From Cenarchaeum sp. (GTDB lineage Archaea; Thermoproteota; Nitrososphaeria; Nitrososphaerales; Nitrosopumilaceae), in NCBI GenBank assembly GCA_963693095.2, contig OY843768.1, positions 1-64,000 on the forward strand: DNA of 64,000 nucleotides, in the 5' to 3' direction. Below the pieces are notes generated by a model, which ran no database searches, was not told the origin of the DNA, and worked only from the letters and a program-made list of their open reading frames with translations. A program made the translations under genes and the position numbers. Below, one piece after another: positions 39,792 through 50,293 of this stretch. Within the stretch, counting starts at the first letter, position 1, and each line of letters starts with the position of its first letter.

Positions 39792-41788
39792 TGGCCATGT
39801 CTGACGCCCGAACCATGGGCAACTGCCCTGATCAGGTTAATATCAGGCGTCAACTGCTGGCGTGCGGTGACATGGCGGCACTAGAGAGCCCAGAGGGAGT
39901 GCCCAGGGTTGACGCCTGGGTCAAGGAGCTCGAGTGGTGCAGGAGGGGGCACTTTGATGATTTTGAGGATTCTGACCGGGACAGGATTGTGGGTGATCTG
40001 GAGCATATTGCGCGTGTCACACACAGGGGATCACCTGACAGTCTTGGAGATGCCAGCATCGCACTTGGTGGCATGCTTGGACACTTTGAGAGTGACATGG
40101 CGTGTGCGGACATTTTGGATCGTGCGCTAGACAGGATATACGTCACTCCCGATCACCATGGCGCGCTCGAAAAGCTCTTTGCGGGAATGGATATCGAGGG
40201 CAAAAAGAGCGACGAGCCCGCATACATTGCGCTTGACATGGTTCGCGTGACTCTGCGGTACCTGCGCCTGCGCGAAGGCACGCTGCGCCACGCGTGGACT
40301 GCGATACTTGGGGTGTGCTATGACGTGCTTGTTCGTGTGGCGCGTCGTAACGGGCTCGACAGACTGGCCGGGATGATGGACGATACGGTGTCGCGAGAGG
40401 CGTTCTGTGGGAAACAGGCAACTATCGCCGACATGGCAAGGCTGCGAATCGCAGTGTATGACAGGCGCAACATTCCGACAGACGGCGAGATGCGTGGGGT
40501 TCTCGCACGATATCCCAAACTCAAGGGCTTTCTTGGAAAAGACGCCGTGGTGCGCCCAAAGGGGGCAATCACGCAACTCATCCTTCACCTGTCACTGGAG
40601 CACCTTTTATATACAGAGGACTATGAGTCAATCTATACCGTGGTGTATGAGAGCAACATCCGCCTGTCCCACTGGATTGACAGGATTTACCGCCAGCATG
40701 GCCTGATTTATGAGGGTCTATCACTTGGGACTCCGGCAGGCTCTGCTCTGCAAAAGCGATCCCTTGAATGGCTGCACCTGCAGGTCTCGGTGCGCTATCT
40801 CGTCCTGGAGCTCTGGAACTTTGCGACGCTCTACGAAAGAGTGAGCCGTGTTACACGGGGTCTTGATCTGGACGACCCTGACAAGCTCTGGCAGATACTC
40901 GACTCGCCAAAGGGTCTAGGGCCCGTGATCAGGACCATGCACAAGCGTTTTGGCGCGTATCCTGACTGGACATTTAGCGAGGCTGCCGACAGGATCAACT
41001 ATATCGGCCTAGACAGTCTTGTGTACTGTGCGCGGGCCACACTGATGTTCCAGGATGCAATATTTAGGATGATCCCGCCCAGATACCACAAGGTTGGATC
41101 ACTGAGGCACAACCCCGTTCCAGCATCTCTTGAGCTGGGGACATCTGCAGACAGCGAGGCGCTGCAAAAACAGTATGGTGATGCAAGCCTGTCAGTTGAC
41201 ACGGGAAAAAACCTGAAAAACTATGACGTCCTCTATGCGTCATACTCATCCCTGTTGCTGCTGTACGCAAATTTTGCCGAGCTTGCCAGCAGGGATGATC
41301 ATGGCGATCTTGGCGCATACCTGCGGTTCACCAAGGAGGTCTATGGAATAAAGTACATGATCCTCGAGATATGCAACTTTATCTGCACGTTCAGGAAAAT
41401 GGGGATTGACCTGCCGTTCACGCCAGGATTTCTTGCGCACGAAAAGCAGTACCTCCACATCAGAAACAACTATTCGGCGCACACGCGAACCGACAAGATA
41501 GGGGATCTGGGCCAACTCCTCGAAGACAATCGTGACCTCTTGTCCAACATGGCCCATGACATTCAAGAGATCGACGCCCTGGCAGGGCGCCTGGAGCGAG
41601 AATTTCCGGACCCAAAGATCAGGGAGATCAGGCCGATGAACAATGCAGAGATGGACCATCTTGAGCGAGACCTCGAATCGCTGCGCAGTGAGTCGCATGC
41701 GTCTTGCGGCAACATATTTGCCAACATGGCAAGTGTGGGAGAAGAGCGCGAGGCGCGCGCAAGGTCGCGGAGGGCTCTGAGGCCGTGA
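39791..41788 (+). CDS. Large helical hypothetical protein with a C-terminal HEPN-like motif
   Basis: 665-aa ORF coupled to the previous stop; HIRNNYSAH. Confidence 0.7.
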   Translation: MAMSDARTMGNCPDQVNIRRQLLACGDMAALESPEGVPRVDAWVKELEWCRRGHFDDFEDSDRDRIVGDLEHIARVTHRGSPDSLGDASIALGGMLGHFESDMACADILDRALDRIYVTPDHHGALEKLFAGMDIEGKKSDEPAYIALDMVRVTLRYLRLREGTLRHAWTAILGVCYDVLVRVARRNGLDRLAGMMDDTVSREAFCGKQATIADMARLRIAVYDRRNIPTDGEMRGVLARYPKLKGFLGKDAVVRPKGAITQLILHLSLEHLLYTEDYESIYTVVYESNIRLSHWIDRIYRQHGLIYEGLSLGTPAGSALQKRSLEWLHLQVSVRYLVLELWNFATLYERVSRVTRGLDLDDPDKLWQILDSPKGLGPVIRTMHKRFGAYPDWTFSEAADRINYIGLDSLVYCARATLMFQDAIFRMIPPRYHKVGSLRHNPVPASLELGTSADSEALQKQYGDASLSVDTGKNLKNYDVLYASYSSLLLLYANFAELASRDDHGDLGAYLRFTKEVYGIKYMILEICNFICTFRKMGIDLPFTPGFLAHEKQYLHIRNNYSAHTRTDKIGDLGQLLEDNRDLLSNMAHDIQEIDALAGRLEREFPDPKIREIRPMNNAEMDHLERDLESLRSESHASCGNIFANMASVGEEREARARSRRALRP

Positions 41789-41834
41789 TGGCGCCGACTG
41801 TTGCGAGCCCGGAAATGTCGGGGGTCTTGCACGC

Positions 41835-42497
41835 ATGAGAAATGACGGCTCGGGCATAGTTGGCGGGGGTCCTGACTATTTCCGCCTCGCCGAGGATGCG
41901 ATAACGGAGATAGGCATGTCCCTGTGCCCGCAGTCATGGAAGGACGGCCTCCTCAATGGCAACTATGGCGACACGCTCTCTAAAATGCGCCTCTATGCAA
42001 AGTTTCTCAGTGTTGGCAAGACACTCTTGCCGCTGCAGTGTTCAAAGAGCCCTGGGGTCACCGCCTTTGACTTTCGGGCAGAGGCCAAAGGCAATGGGTG
42101 CTGGGTTGCCGTCTGCATGCTAGAGAACGAGATGCGCCTCCTCATGGACAATGAGCGCAGCATGATGCGCCACGATCCGGGCGACTATGGCCAACGGTCC
42201 GCCAAGATTACGTCTGAAAGGATAGTCGAGATGGCCCGTGCGCGCCTGGCCTCAGTCACGGTGCGAGACGAGCAGGCCATTCTGGCCATCACCGACCCCC
42301 TGGCCATGGTCGGCGACTATGGCGGGCTGGATGATGCGATGGAGGCGATCGCAGACGAGATTGGCTGGCTGTCTGCCGTCGTTCTCGTCCATGCCGACTC
42401 GTGTGACATACGTGACGTGCGGGGCACGGCAAACCCGCTGTCGGCGATAATCCGCGAGAGGATCATGGATGCCTGCGAGGCGCCTGCAGGGCGCTGA
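41835..42497 (+). CDS. Hypothetical protein
   Basis: 220-aa ORF co-oriented with the two preceding genes. Confidence 0.65.
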   Translation: MRNDGSGIVGGGPDYFRLAEDAITEIGMSLCPQSWKDGLLNGNYGDTLSKMRLYAKFLSVGKTLLPLQCSKSPGVTAFDFRAEAKGNGCWVAVCMLENEMRLLMDNERSMMRHDPGDYGQRSAKITSERIVEMARARLASVTVRDEQAILAITDPLAMVGDYGGLDDAMEAIADEIGWLSAVVLVHADSCDIRDVRGTANPLSAIIRERIMDACEAPAGR

Positions 42498-42620
42498 TGG
42501 CGTGATGTATATGCGACTTGGGCATATCGCGCTCTTGCCTTTGCCACTCGCCGTTCTGGCTAGAGTGAGAGGCTGTTCAAAACTTCGACCCTGAAACAGT
42601 CCGCGCCGACTTGGTCGCCC

Positions 42621-43403
42621 TCACGCAACAGCCCTTGCTGACACGCGCCGTCCTGACCTGGGGGCCGCGGCAATGCGCATCTTTGGATACTCGCTATACG
42701 TTCTGTCTCCCACCTTTCGCCCGCCGGCCTTTGGATAGCGGCCGCCCCATTGCTTAAAGAACACCTTTACGCCCTGGCTCTTGCACTGCCTTATGAGGCC
42801 AACGACCCACTCCTTTTCAACCATTCTGTAATTGTGCCCGCTCTCGCCGCCAATTATTGCCCAGTCTATGCCCTCTAGGTTCACCCCGTCTATTGGGCTG
42901 AGGAGCGGCTCAAAGCTGACAAACTTTATCTCGCACTTTACCTCCCTGAGCCTGTCTATGCGGTTCGTCGTCGAGGCGTTCTCCACACTAGTCCCCATCC
43001 AGATGTGCTGCGGTATGTCACGTCTGTGGCGCCTTGCAAACTCGCCAGAGAACGCCCTCATCCGCGTCGGCCGCTTTGTGAGAACCTGATAGATGTGCCA
43101 GTCGGCCACTACCATCACGTCAAAGCACCTGCTGATAAACTCGCGCGTAGAGTCCTCGTGGAACATGTCTGACATTGAGTTGACAAATATCTTTTTGGGC
43201 TTTTTCCACGACAGCGGAAGGTCGACCTCGCCGGCATGCTCGATGAACTCAAAGCCGTTCTGGTACTTTGCGACTCCCATGGCCTTTAGGCGCGCCGAGA
43301 GTTTCTCGGCATAGCAGTTCTTGCACCCCGAGGAGACCTTGCTGCACCCTGTCGACGGGTTCCACGTCGCCTCGGTCCACTCTATGGCAGAGTTTGTGGC
43401 CAT
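42621..43403 (-). CDS. DUF5131 / phage Gp37-Gp68-family protein
   Basis: SAIEWTEATWNPSTGCSKVSSGCKNCYAE, FVNSMSDMFHE, IIGGESG and FFKQWGG. Confidence 0.92.
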   Translation of the reverse strand: MATNSAIEWTEATWNPSTGCSKVSSGCKNCYAEKLSARLKAMGVAKYQNGFEFIEHAGEVDLPLSWKKPKKIFVNSMSDMFHEDSTREFISRCFDVMVVADWHIYQVLTKRPTRMRAFSGEFARRHRRDIPQHIWMGTSVENASTTNRIDRLREVKCEIKFVSFEPLLSPIDGVNLEGIDWAIIGGESGHNYRMVEKEWVVGLIRQCKSQGVKVFFKQWGGRYPKAGGRKVGDRTYSEYPKMRIAAAPRSGRRVSARAVA

Positions 43404-43952
43404 GTGATGGCGTTTTTGCAGGCGAATGTATAAACATTATCGTGACATGGCTCTGTTTCATAACCAGATTCTAGGCGTGCCGTCTCTGGGCGCCTCCCCG
43501 CGGATCGCCACGCGTCCGAGCACAGCTACCTCAAATCATTAAACAGTGTATGTTCAATTGTCTAGTTCGTCAATTTGTTAGTATAGATCCATTGCAAACA
43601 GACAAGTTCGTACGTGCTGATTTGAAATATGGGGTGCGATTTTCATCCGAACAAGGTTCAGTCCAAACCCGCCTTTCTTGATCGGTGACGCCATATTGTT
43701 CCCCATGCCGTTCCTCGCAATTTTTGCCCTCTAATGTGGGATTGGTACCTGCAGACTTGTGCATTGCCTCGCTAGGCATGTGTGGAGCCATCACCCACGT
43801 CGCACGCACGGACTCCACGTTATTCCCAGTGGATCTCCATGTCGGGAAGGTGGACGTGTACACCGACCCCCATGATCCCGGCCGGCTTTTCGCAGTGCGC
43901 ACGCCTAGATGCCACGATAAAGTATATACGCCAACCTCGAAAAGGGCTCGCG

Positions 43953-44450
43953 ATGAGCAAGATCACCTATCCTGACAAGACGCTGTCCAACAATGAGGCC
44001 ACGATGGAGCTCCTCGTGCGCCACTCTGGTGGCACCAGGGAGGAGCTCGAGGAGATTGCCAGGTGGGGCAGGGAGCGCAAGGAGAGGATCGACATACTGC
44101 GCCGCCTCGCCGGCCTCTTGGACCAAAAGGGCGTCTTTAGGAGCGGCAAGGAAAAGATGGACAGCCTCGAGGCCGCCTTTACCATTCACCATTGCGTCGC
44201 CATAGCTAGCAAGCACGGCCTTGACATGAAGTACGAGTTCAATGACAACGAGTACGGCCCGTTCTCCTCAGACCTCAACATAGATCTCCATGCCGTTCAA
44301 CCCGTGCCCGTGAACATTCCCACCGGCCTATTTCCCAGCGACGCAGACGAGTCGGCGTTTCTTGAGGCCATTGAGGGAAAGGATGCCGATGAGATTGGCA
44401 AGTTTGCGCGCTTACTCGTGATAGAGGAGCGGTATCGCATACTGATCTAG
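43953..44450 (+). CDS. Family A paralog A18 (YGPF subtype)
   Basis: Family A signature; GTATATA upstream. Confidence 0.88.
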   Translation: MSKITYPDKTLSNNEATMELLVRHSGGTREELEEIARWGRERKERIDILRRLAGLLDQKGVFRSGKEKMDSLEAAFTIHHCVAIASKHGLDMKYEFNDNEYGPFSSDLNIDLHAVQPVPVNIPTGLFPSDADESAFLEAIEGKDADEIGKFARLLVIEERYRILI

Positions 44451-44593
44451 TGCGAGGCGGCCTGCCTGGCTCATGGCGCGCCCTGCATGCCGATAATATG
44501 GACGCGCGTGGTGGCTCGCCGCAATTGCTCATAACAGGGAGGGCGTAAGCGGGATTGTGGGGCCTAGTTCTCGCATGACGCCCACGCTTGTGC

Positions 44594-44736
44594 TGTATTG
44601 TACGAAAAGTAGGAGCGGAGGCCAGATGGCTTGCCGGGCGCAGATCCTGAAGCCCAGAGGCGGCCAGCGGGCCCGGCAGGCTGCCGGATCCGCGCCCGGC
44701 AGGCATTCCTGCCCAGTCTACTATTCGTACAATACA
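44594..44736. mobile_element. 143-bp MITE with IS481-type ends
   Basis: TGTATTGTACGAAAAGTAG...CTACTATTCGTACAATACA; the interior resembles the subterminal DNA of the 36454 and 20163 elements. Confidence 0.85.
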
Positions 44737-44789
44737 TATGTCTAGCTGCCACGATAAAGCATATACGCCCACCCTGAATAGGGCTCGCG

Positions 44790-45287
44790 ATGAGCAAGAT
44801 CACCTATCCTGACAAGACGCTGTCCAACAATGAGGCCACGATGGAGCTCCTTATACGCCACTCTGGTGGCACCAGGGAGGAGCTCGAGGAGATTGCCAGG
44901 TGGGGCAGGGAGCGCAAGGAGAGGATCGACATACTGCGCCGCCTCGCCGGCCTCTTGGACCAAAAGGGCGTCTTTAGGAGCGGCAAGGAAAAGATGGACA
45001 GCCTCGAGGCCGCCTTTACCATTCACCATTGCGTCGCCATAGCTAGCAAGCACGGCCTTGACATGAAGTACGAGTTCAATGACAACGAGTACGGCCCGTT
45101 CTCCCCGGATCTCCATCTCGATCTCCATGCCGTCACGCCAGTGCCCGTGAACATCCCCACCGGCCTATTTCCCAGCGACGCAGACGAGTCGGCGTTTCTT
45201 GAGGCCATTGAGGGAAAGGATGCCGATGAGATTGGCAAGTTTGCGCGCTTACTCGTGATAGAGGAGCGGTATCGCATACTGATCTAG
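44790..45287 (+). CDS. Family A paralog A19, near-identical to A18
   Basis: Direct comparison. Confidence 0.9.
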   Translation: MSKITYPDKTLSNNEATMELLIRHSGGTREELEEIARWGRERKERIDILRRLAGLLDQKGVFRSGKEKMDSLEAAFTIHHCVAIASKHGLDMKYEFNDNEYGPFSPDLHLDLHAVTPVPVNIPTGLFPSDADESAFLEAIEGKDADEIGKFARLLVIEERYRILI

Positions 45288-45334
45288 TGCCAGACGGCCT
45301 GTCCGGCCCCTGGCATGTCCTGTACGCCTGCAAC

Positions 45335-45670
45335 ATGGACGCGTATGGCAGCCCACTCTCTGATGAGAGGCGCATGACCATCATCCAGCATATTGCAGAG
45401 CACACTGGCGTAATCAGTGCGCGCCATGGACACATTCTAAGCGTTAACGGAAGGAGATTGATCATAATTGCGCGCGATTCGGCGCTGACCATGCTGAAAA
45501 TCAACAACATCGTGCCTGCTCGCATGGGTGCCATGACCAATGCCATCGATGCGCTGGTGCACGAGGTTTTGGAGCTGGACGATCCGCACCTGGTCGCCCG
45601 ACGGAGGTTTGCCGCCGAGACAGACGGCTCAACTGCGCCCTGGGACGTTTCATGGAGAACACGGCCATGA
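45335..45670 (+). pseudogene. Family B paralog B8, C-terminal part only
   Basis: HIAEHTGVISARHGHILS...LDDPHLVARRRF resembles the B3 C-terminus. Confidence 0.7.
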
Positions 45671-45804
45671 GCTCCCCTGCGATCCCCACACTCGACAGGT
45701 GTGTGCGGCCTATGGGGCAGAGTTGTCGCGCATGGGCACGGCGATCGTCTGGCTGAATGGGCGCGGCTCCCGCATTCTTGGACTTCTGCCATGGGGCAGC
45801 CTTG

Positions 45805-47320
45805 GTATGAGGTCAGCACCTAGACCGCACGCATGACCTCCTCGACCACGCTCTTCCCCATGGCCCTCCACGTCAGGAAGCACGTCAGGAGGATAGACAT
45901 GCGCCTGGCAGCCGGCGCGCCCCCCTTGAGCTGGCCGCTCACCTTGCGGCGCACGACCACGTCGCGCAGCTCCCTCTCGGCGGCGTTGTTCGTGGGCGCG
46001 ACGCCGGCGTGCTCGCAGAACGCGAACATCTGCGGCGCGGCGCGGCGGAGCCTGGCCACGGCGCGCGCCAGCTCCCAGCCCCCGCCGTCGTCGTGCCGGT
46101 CCAGCAGCGACGCCAGGGCGTCCTCCATCGCGCGCCGCAGCTCCGCGCACGGCGCGACGGCGGTGTCCCTGGCGGCGCGGTACAGCGAGAGGAGGTCGGC
46201 GTGCAGCCCGGGCAGCGCCCCGCCGTGCATCCTGGCGGCGTGCTCCACGGCGCGCAGCTCGTGCGCCCAGCACCGCTGGTGCATCCCGCCGGCGTCGAAC
46301 CTGTTGTACGCCGGGTGCCCGTCGGTTATCACCACGCCTTCGTACCCTGGGAGTATCACGTCGAGCACCTGCGCGCCCCTGCTCTTGCTGAACTCCAACC
46401 CGACACGGTTCCCGCCCGTCGCCAGCCACATCCAGTGGCCCTCGCCGGAGCTTGGGAACCCCGTCTCGTCCACGTGCACGTGCGACGCCCTCCTGATCTC
46501 CGCCCATATGCGCTCGGCCTCCGGCTCCAGCGCGTCGGCCACGTTGTCCCTTATGCGCAGCACGGTCGCCTTTGACATGGAGACCCCGTGCACTTCCAGC
46601 ATCTCGGCGGCGATCCGCTCGACGGGCGTCCGAGTGCGCACGGACGACGCCACGGTGCCGACGAGCCTCCTGCCGTAGGACCCGCGGGCCGGCAGGCCGG
46701 AGTCCGCCCGCCGCGTCGCGCCGCAGTCCGCGCACGTGGCCGACTCGACATAGTGCCGCGTCTCGACCGGCCGCGGGGGCGGGATCTCGATGATGTCGCG
46801 CACCGCCGTCGTGACCTCCATGCGGCCGCCGCACTCGCACGGCCCGCGGTCGACGCGGTGCCGCTCCGTCCCCGTCGGCGCGTGCCGGCGCGACGTGCCG
46901 CGGTGGCCGGGCCTGCCGCCGGGCGTCCCGTGCGGCGGGAGCTCGCCGCGCTCCCTCGCCCGCCGCAGCTCGCGCTTCCTCCTCTTGTGCTCCAGCGACG
47001 CCGACGACGGCGGCGTGTTGGCGTTCTGGTAGTACGACAGCGTGCGCCTCATCGCCTCTACCTCCGCCTCCAGCTCGGCGATCCTCTCGTCCCTCGACCT
47101 GACGGTGTCCTCCAGCCCGTGGACCTCCCCCTGCAGCTCCTTGACCTGCAGGCCCAGCGCCCTGGAGATCCCCTCGACGGCCCTGAGCCTGCCATTGAGC
47201 TGTGCCAGCGTGCTGTCCTGCTTCCCGCGACCCCTCACGCCCCGGCGCGCGCCCCAGCGGTAAATGGATCGGTAGGATCGCGCCTATTTGACCAAATGGG
47301 CAGGGGTGCTGACCTCATAC
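45805..47320 (-). mobile_element. IS66-family element, single-ORF type
   Basis: Perfect 16-bp TIR GTATGAGGTCAGCACC; 8-bp target duplication CAGCCTTG at 45797-45804 and 47321-47328. Confidence 0.93.
45820..47238 (-). CDS. tnpC: IS66-family transposase
   Basis: N-terminal coiled coil, NTPPSS, Zn finger, HVDETG, QRCWAH and PTNNAAERELR. Confidence 0.93.
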   Translation of the reverse strand: MRGRGKQDSTLAQLNGRLRAVEGISRALGLQVKELQGEVHGLEDTVRSRDERIAELEAEVEAMRRTLSYYQNANTPPSSASLEHKRRKRELRRARERGELPPHGTPGGRPGHRGTSRRHAPTGTERHRVDRGPCECGGRMEVTTAVRDIIEIPPPRPVETRHYVESATCADCGATRRADSGLPARGSYGRRLVGTVASSVRTRTPVERIAAEMLEVHGVSMSKATVLRIRDNVADALEPEAERIWAEIRRASHVHVDETGFPSSGEGHWMWLATGGNRVGLEFSKSRGAQVLDVILPGYEGVVITDGHPAYNRFDAGGMHQRCWAHELRAVEHAARMHGGALPGLHADLLSLYRAARDTAVAPCAELRRAMEDALASLLDRHDDGGGWELARAVARLRRAAPQMFAFCEHAGVAPTNNAAERELRDVVVRRKVSGQLKGGAPAARRMSILLTCFLTWRAMGKSVVEEVMRAV

Positions 47321-47374
47321 CAGCCTTGCGGCACACAACTTAAAACCCGTTTATCCCACGCGCGAGCCTGCGCA

Positions 47375-47836
47375 TTGGCGGCCCCGGACCACTCTAAAAA
47401 CATCATAGTCGCCCTAGCGGCCCTCCCCGAGTTCCTGCGCCGGCCCATGCTCACGCGGCGCCTCGCCGAGTTTTACTCCATGCCGCCTGATGAGCAGCGC
47501 GAGATCATTGACGGCGCGCTCGCCGCGGCGCCGACACTGCCCTTTGATGACCTCGCCAGGCTGTTGCGAACGTGGCTCATCGCCGTCTGCGCGCTACCCG
47601 AGGATCGCCGGCGCCACATGCTCGGCACGTATGCTGCGGCCATTTGCGCAAACCCCGAGCGCCTCGTCGCGCTCCACCTAGACGGCATGCTCGAGGTCCT
47701 CCTCTCACTCGATGATTCCCAGCGCGGGATCATTGCGCACTCGGCCGGCCACGCGATAACTGGCGGCGGCGAGGCGTGCCGCGCCGTGCTGATGTCGCTA
47801 ATCCCGCACAATGCGCGCCGGCATGTCGGGATATAG
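47375..47836 (+). CDS. Conserved thaumarchaeal hypothetical protein
   Basis: NII.ALA.LPEFLR.PML.RRL.EF motif recalled from Nitrosopumilaceae; TATA-like CTTAAAA at 47339. Confidence 0.7.
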   Translation: MAAPDHSKNIIVALAALPEFLRRPMLTRRLAEFYSMPPDEQREIIDGALAAAPTLPFDDLARLLRTWLIAVCALPEDRRRHMLGTYAAAICANPERLVALHLDGMLEVLLSLDDSQRGIIAHSAGHAITGGGEACRAVLMSLIPHNARRHVGI

Positions 47837-48045
47837 CGCACCGCTTTTTAGAATATATCGCACCTGCCTGCCTTTGCTGTTCTGCTAGCACACACGTCAG
47901 CGTATGGCGCGCCGCCTCCAGGGACACACCCTGTGGACTGAATCGCCTGCCTGCCCTGCTAGCGGCTCGCGCCGACGCACAATGCGGCCGCCACTTGGAA
48001 TTCCCTAGATCGAGTCGCCTGCATGCATCGCGCCGGCCATCCGGA

Positions 48046-48315
48046 CTAGGCGTCCGGATTGCGGTTCTCTTCGTCAGTGAGGTTTACCATGCCGCCCTCG
48101 GGGGCCAGGACGCCGACGAAGACCTTTTCGTTCTTGCGCACGAGCTTGCGGTGGTCAGGCATCGACATGTCTAGCCTCATCTCGTTCATTAGCATGACCC
48201 TGTACTCCTTCCACTCTGCCCAGCATTTGGCGCAGCATGGATACTTTGCGGCGGCCTCCTCGAGCACCGCAACGTCGGCGATCTCGGCCTTGCATTTCGT
48301 GCATGTCGTGCCCAT
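48046..48315 (-). CDS. Fe(II)-trafficking (YggX-like) protein
   Basis: CxxC and CxxCWAEWKEYRVMLMNEMRLDMS pattern. Confidence 0.75.
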   Translation of the reverse strand: MGTTCTKCKAEIADVAVLEEAAAKYPCCAKCWAEWKEYRVMLMNEMRLDMSMPDHRKLVRKNEKVFVGVLAPEGGMVNLTDEENRNPDA

Positions 48316-48559
48316 CTCTGGCATGCGCGCCCGTATGTGGCCCATTTATCTCTATGGCGCGCAGGCGGCGCTATGGGGACTCGTCGCCCCCTTTGTCAAT
48401 TGACCCCTGGCCGCTCTGCCCTGCGCGCTGCCTGCCCTGGCGTGGGAAGGCCTGTTGGGCCATCTTGACTCGCTCTATGCAAAAGGCAGCCAAATGATAG
48501 TTTTGCCTTATCGATCTTTGCCAAAACCCCGCTAGGTGAGTGGGCTCTATCGGGGGGTG

Positions 48560-48958
48560 TCATCTGTGATCTTTGTGGCCTGCCTTGGTCGTCTGCGGCG
48601 GGCCGCTCGTGGCGTCATCAGGACTGTCATCTAGCGCGGCGTTCATGCGGATGCGCTGCGAGAGCGGGTGCGAGTCAATGTGCCCCATGATGAGGTTGCG
48701 GTACTTTGAATAGAATGCGCGATCCATGTGCGCGCAGGATTTCTTGTCGCATCCGGGTGTCAGGGCAGAGCACCTGCGCCGAACCTGCTGCTCGTGCGAG
48801 CACTTTGTGCATATGGTCGCCCTATAGTTGCGCCGATGCTCCTCCGAGAGCCTGACGAACTTTTGGCCGTCATCAATCCAGTCATCAACGCGCATGGCCC
48901 ATGCGGTGGCGATAGGGCCGTGGGGCACGCGCGTGATCTCGAGACGGTGTTTGCCCAC
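48560..48958 (-). CDS. Cys-rich hypothetical protein, paralog of 35996..36406
   Basis: High similarity to 35996..36406. Confidence 0.7.
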   Translation of the reverse strand: MGKHRLEITRVPHGPIATAWAMRVDDWIDDGQKFVRLSEEHRRNYRATICTKCSHEQQVRRRCSALTPGCDKKSCAHMDRAFYSKYRNLIMGHIDSHPLSQRIRMNAALDDSPDDATSGPPQTTKAGHKDHR

Positions 48959-49057
48959 GTGAGCGTGGCCTTGATGGCTGATCTATAAAGAAACGGATAT
49001 CAAATAATCAACCACATGCACAGAAAAATTAGATCTAGGGCCGAGAGGCCATGGGTA

Positions 49058-50293
49058 TCAAGACTTGCGAATTTTGCCGATGGTGGCTCTGAGAGCGGGC
49101 TTTTGGGCACAATAGTCACTATAGAATGCCCCACTGTCAATACTGGCGCGCACATTATCTAGCTCATCCTGTATGGCATTAAAGGAGCGCACATGTGCTA
49201 TGTGGGAATCAAGTTGGCTTTCGTCATAGCACCACGTCTGAGGGTCGAACAGCTTTGCGCTTGATTTGCTGCGACCAAAAGGTTTTGATGTTGTGCCATT
49301 GTGGCCAAAACGTGGCGGCGAAGCTGGCCAACTAAAACAGTGTGTGTGAGCTCCGCATACCAGTGCAGGAACTATGTTGGAGCGCAGAGCGTATTGCTTG
49401 GGACCGACAGAGATCCTCTCGAATTTGCTCGTTATTCCAATCATATTGCACCACACATCATGATCACGCAGAATCGGTGACAAGATTTGCCATCTGTCAA
49501 AGTATTTCAAGCCATTCCACTGCAGGTTAAAGCGCCTGTAATTTCTGACAATGTGCAATAGCTTGTCTTTGAAATCTTCAGGATCGCCCCGCATAGTTAT
49601 AGTTGGAGATCGTATACTGTCAGTGGGAAAGTCGTCAAACTGCTCTAGCTCTTCCCGAAAAGAGTCCAGTCCTTGAAGTGGGTTTTTTTCCACCGTGGTG
49701 ATGATTGGAAGGCCGAGGCGCCCTTGAAATTCGTGAAATTCCCCAAGTGCCCCGTCAGTCAGATTGCCTGAATGCTGCAGGCTGATTGACGTGATTGACG
49801 GCTTGTGGATGTCCTGGACCAGCTTGATTCTTTTAGCAATGTTGTTTAGGGCGGATTTGTCAGTTAGAGATTGTGAATCGCGAAGGTTGTGGTGATAGTT
49901 GAACATATCTGTGCGGAGCCCAAGGCCGGCCTTGCGCGCATGATCATAGTCAGCATAGTTGGCGCATATGGCCGGAAGGTGATGTGTGACATCGTTGATC
50001 CTAGTCTCAAGATGACTACACGCCAGATTGTTTGCTGGATCGTGAGACTGGCTCACCTTGGTGATCTCTAGTGACATGGAGGAGCCGTATGGGTCTACCC
50101 TATTAAAGACTAGCCTGTTATGGGCAGCAGGCATGCACGCCTGCCAATCCTGCAGGGCCGGTATGGCCGTGGCAGACTCGCGCGCGCGCGCCATGACGTG
50201 CGATATCCAGACGTCGAGGAGCTCCGGCTCTGTGGATGCCGCGATCCGGCTCCTGCTCGTGGGTGCTGCGCCGGCTTGACGCGGCCTCGGCAA
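49058..50293 (-). CDS. Hypothetical protein (411 aa, lower GC)
   Basis: Long ORF with a globular alpha/beta-like composition; no motif confidently recognised. Confidence 0.65.
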   Translation of the reverse strand: MPRPRQAGAAPTSRSRIAASTEPELLDVWISHVMARARESATAIPALQDWQACMPAAHNRLVFNRVDPYGSSMSLEITKVSQSHDPANNLACSHLETRINDVTHHLPAICANYADYDHARKAGLGLRTDMFNYHHNLRDSQSLTDKSALNNIAKRIKLVQDIHKPSITSISLQHSGNLTDGALGEFHEFQGRLGLPIITTVEKNPLQGLDSFREELEQFDDFPTDSIRSPTITMRGDPEDFKDKLLHIVRNYRRFNLQWNGLKYFDRWQILSPILRDHDVWCNMIGITSKFERISVGPKQYALRSNIVPALVCGAHTHCFSWPASPPRFGHNGTTSKPFGRSKSSAKLFDPQTWCYDESQLDSHIAHVRSFNAIQDELDNVRASIDSGAFYSDYCAQKPALRATIGKIRKS

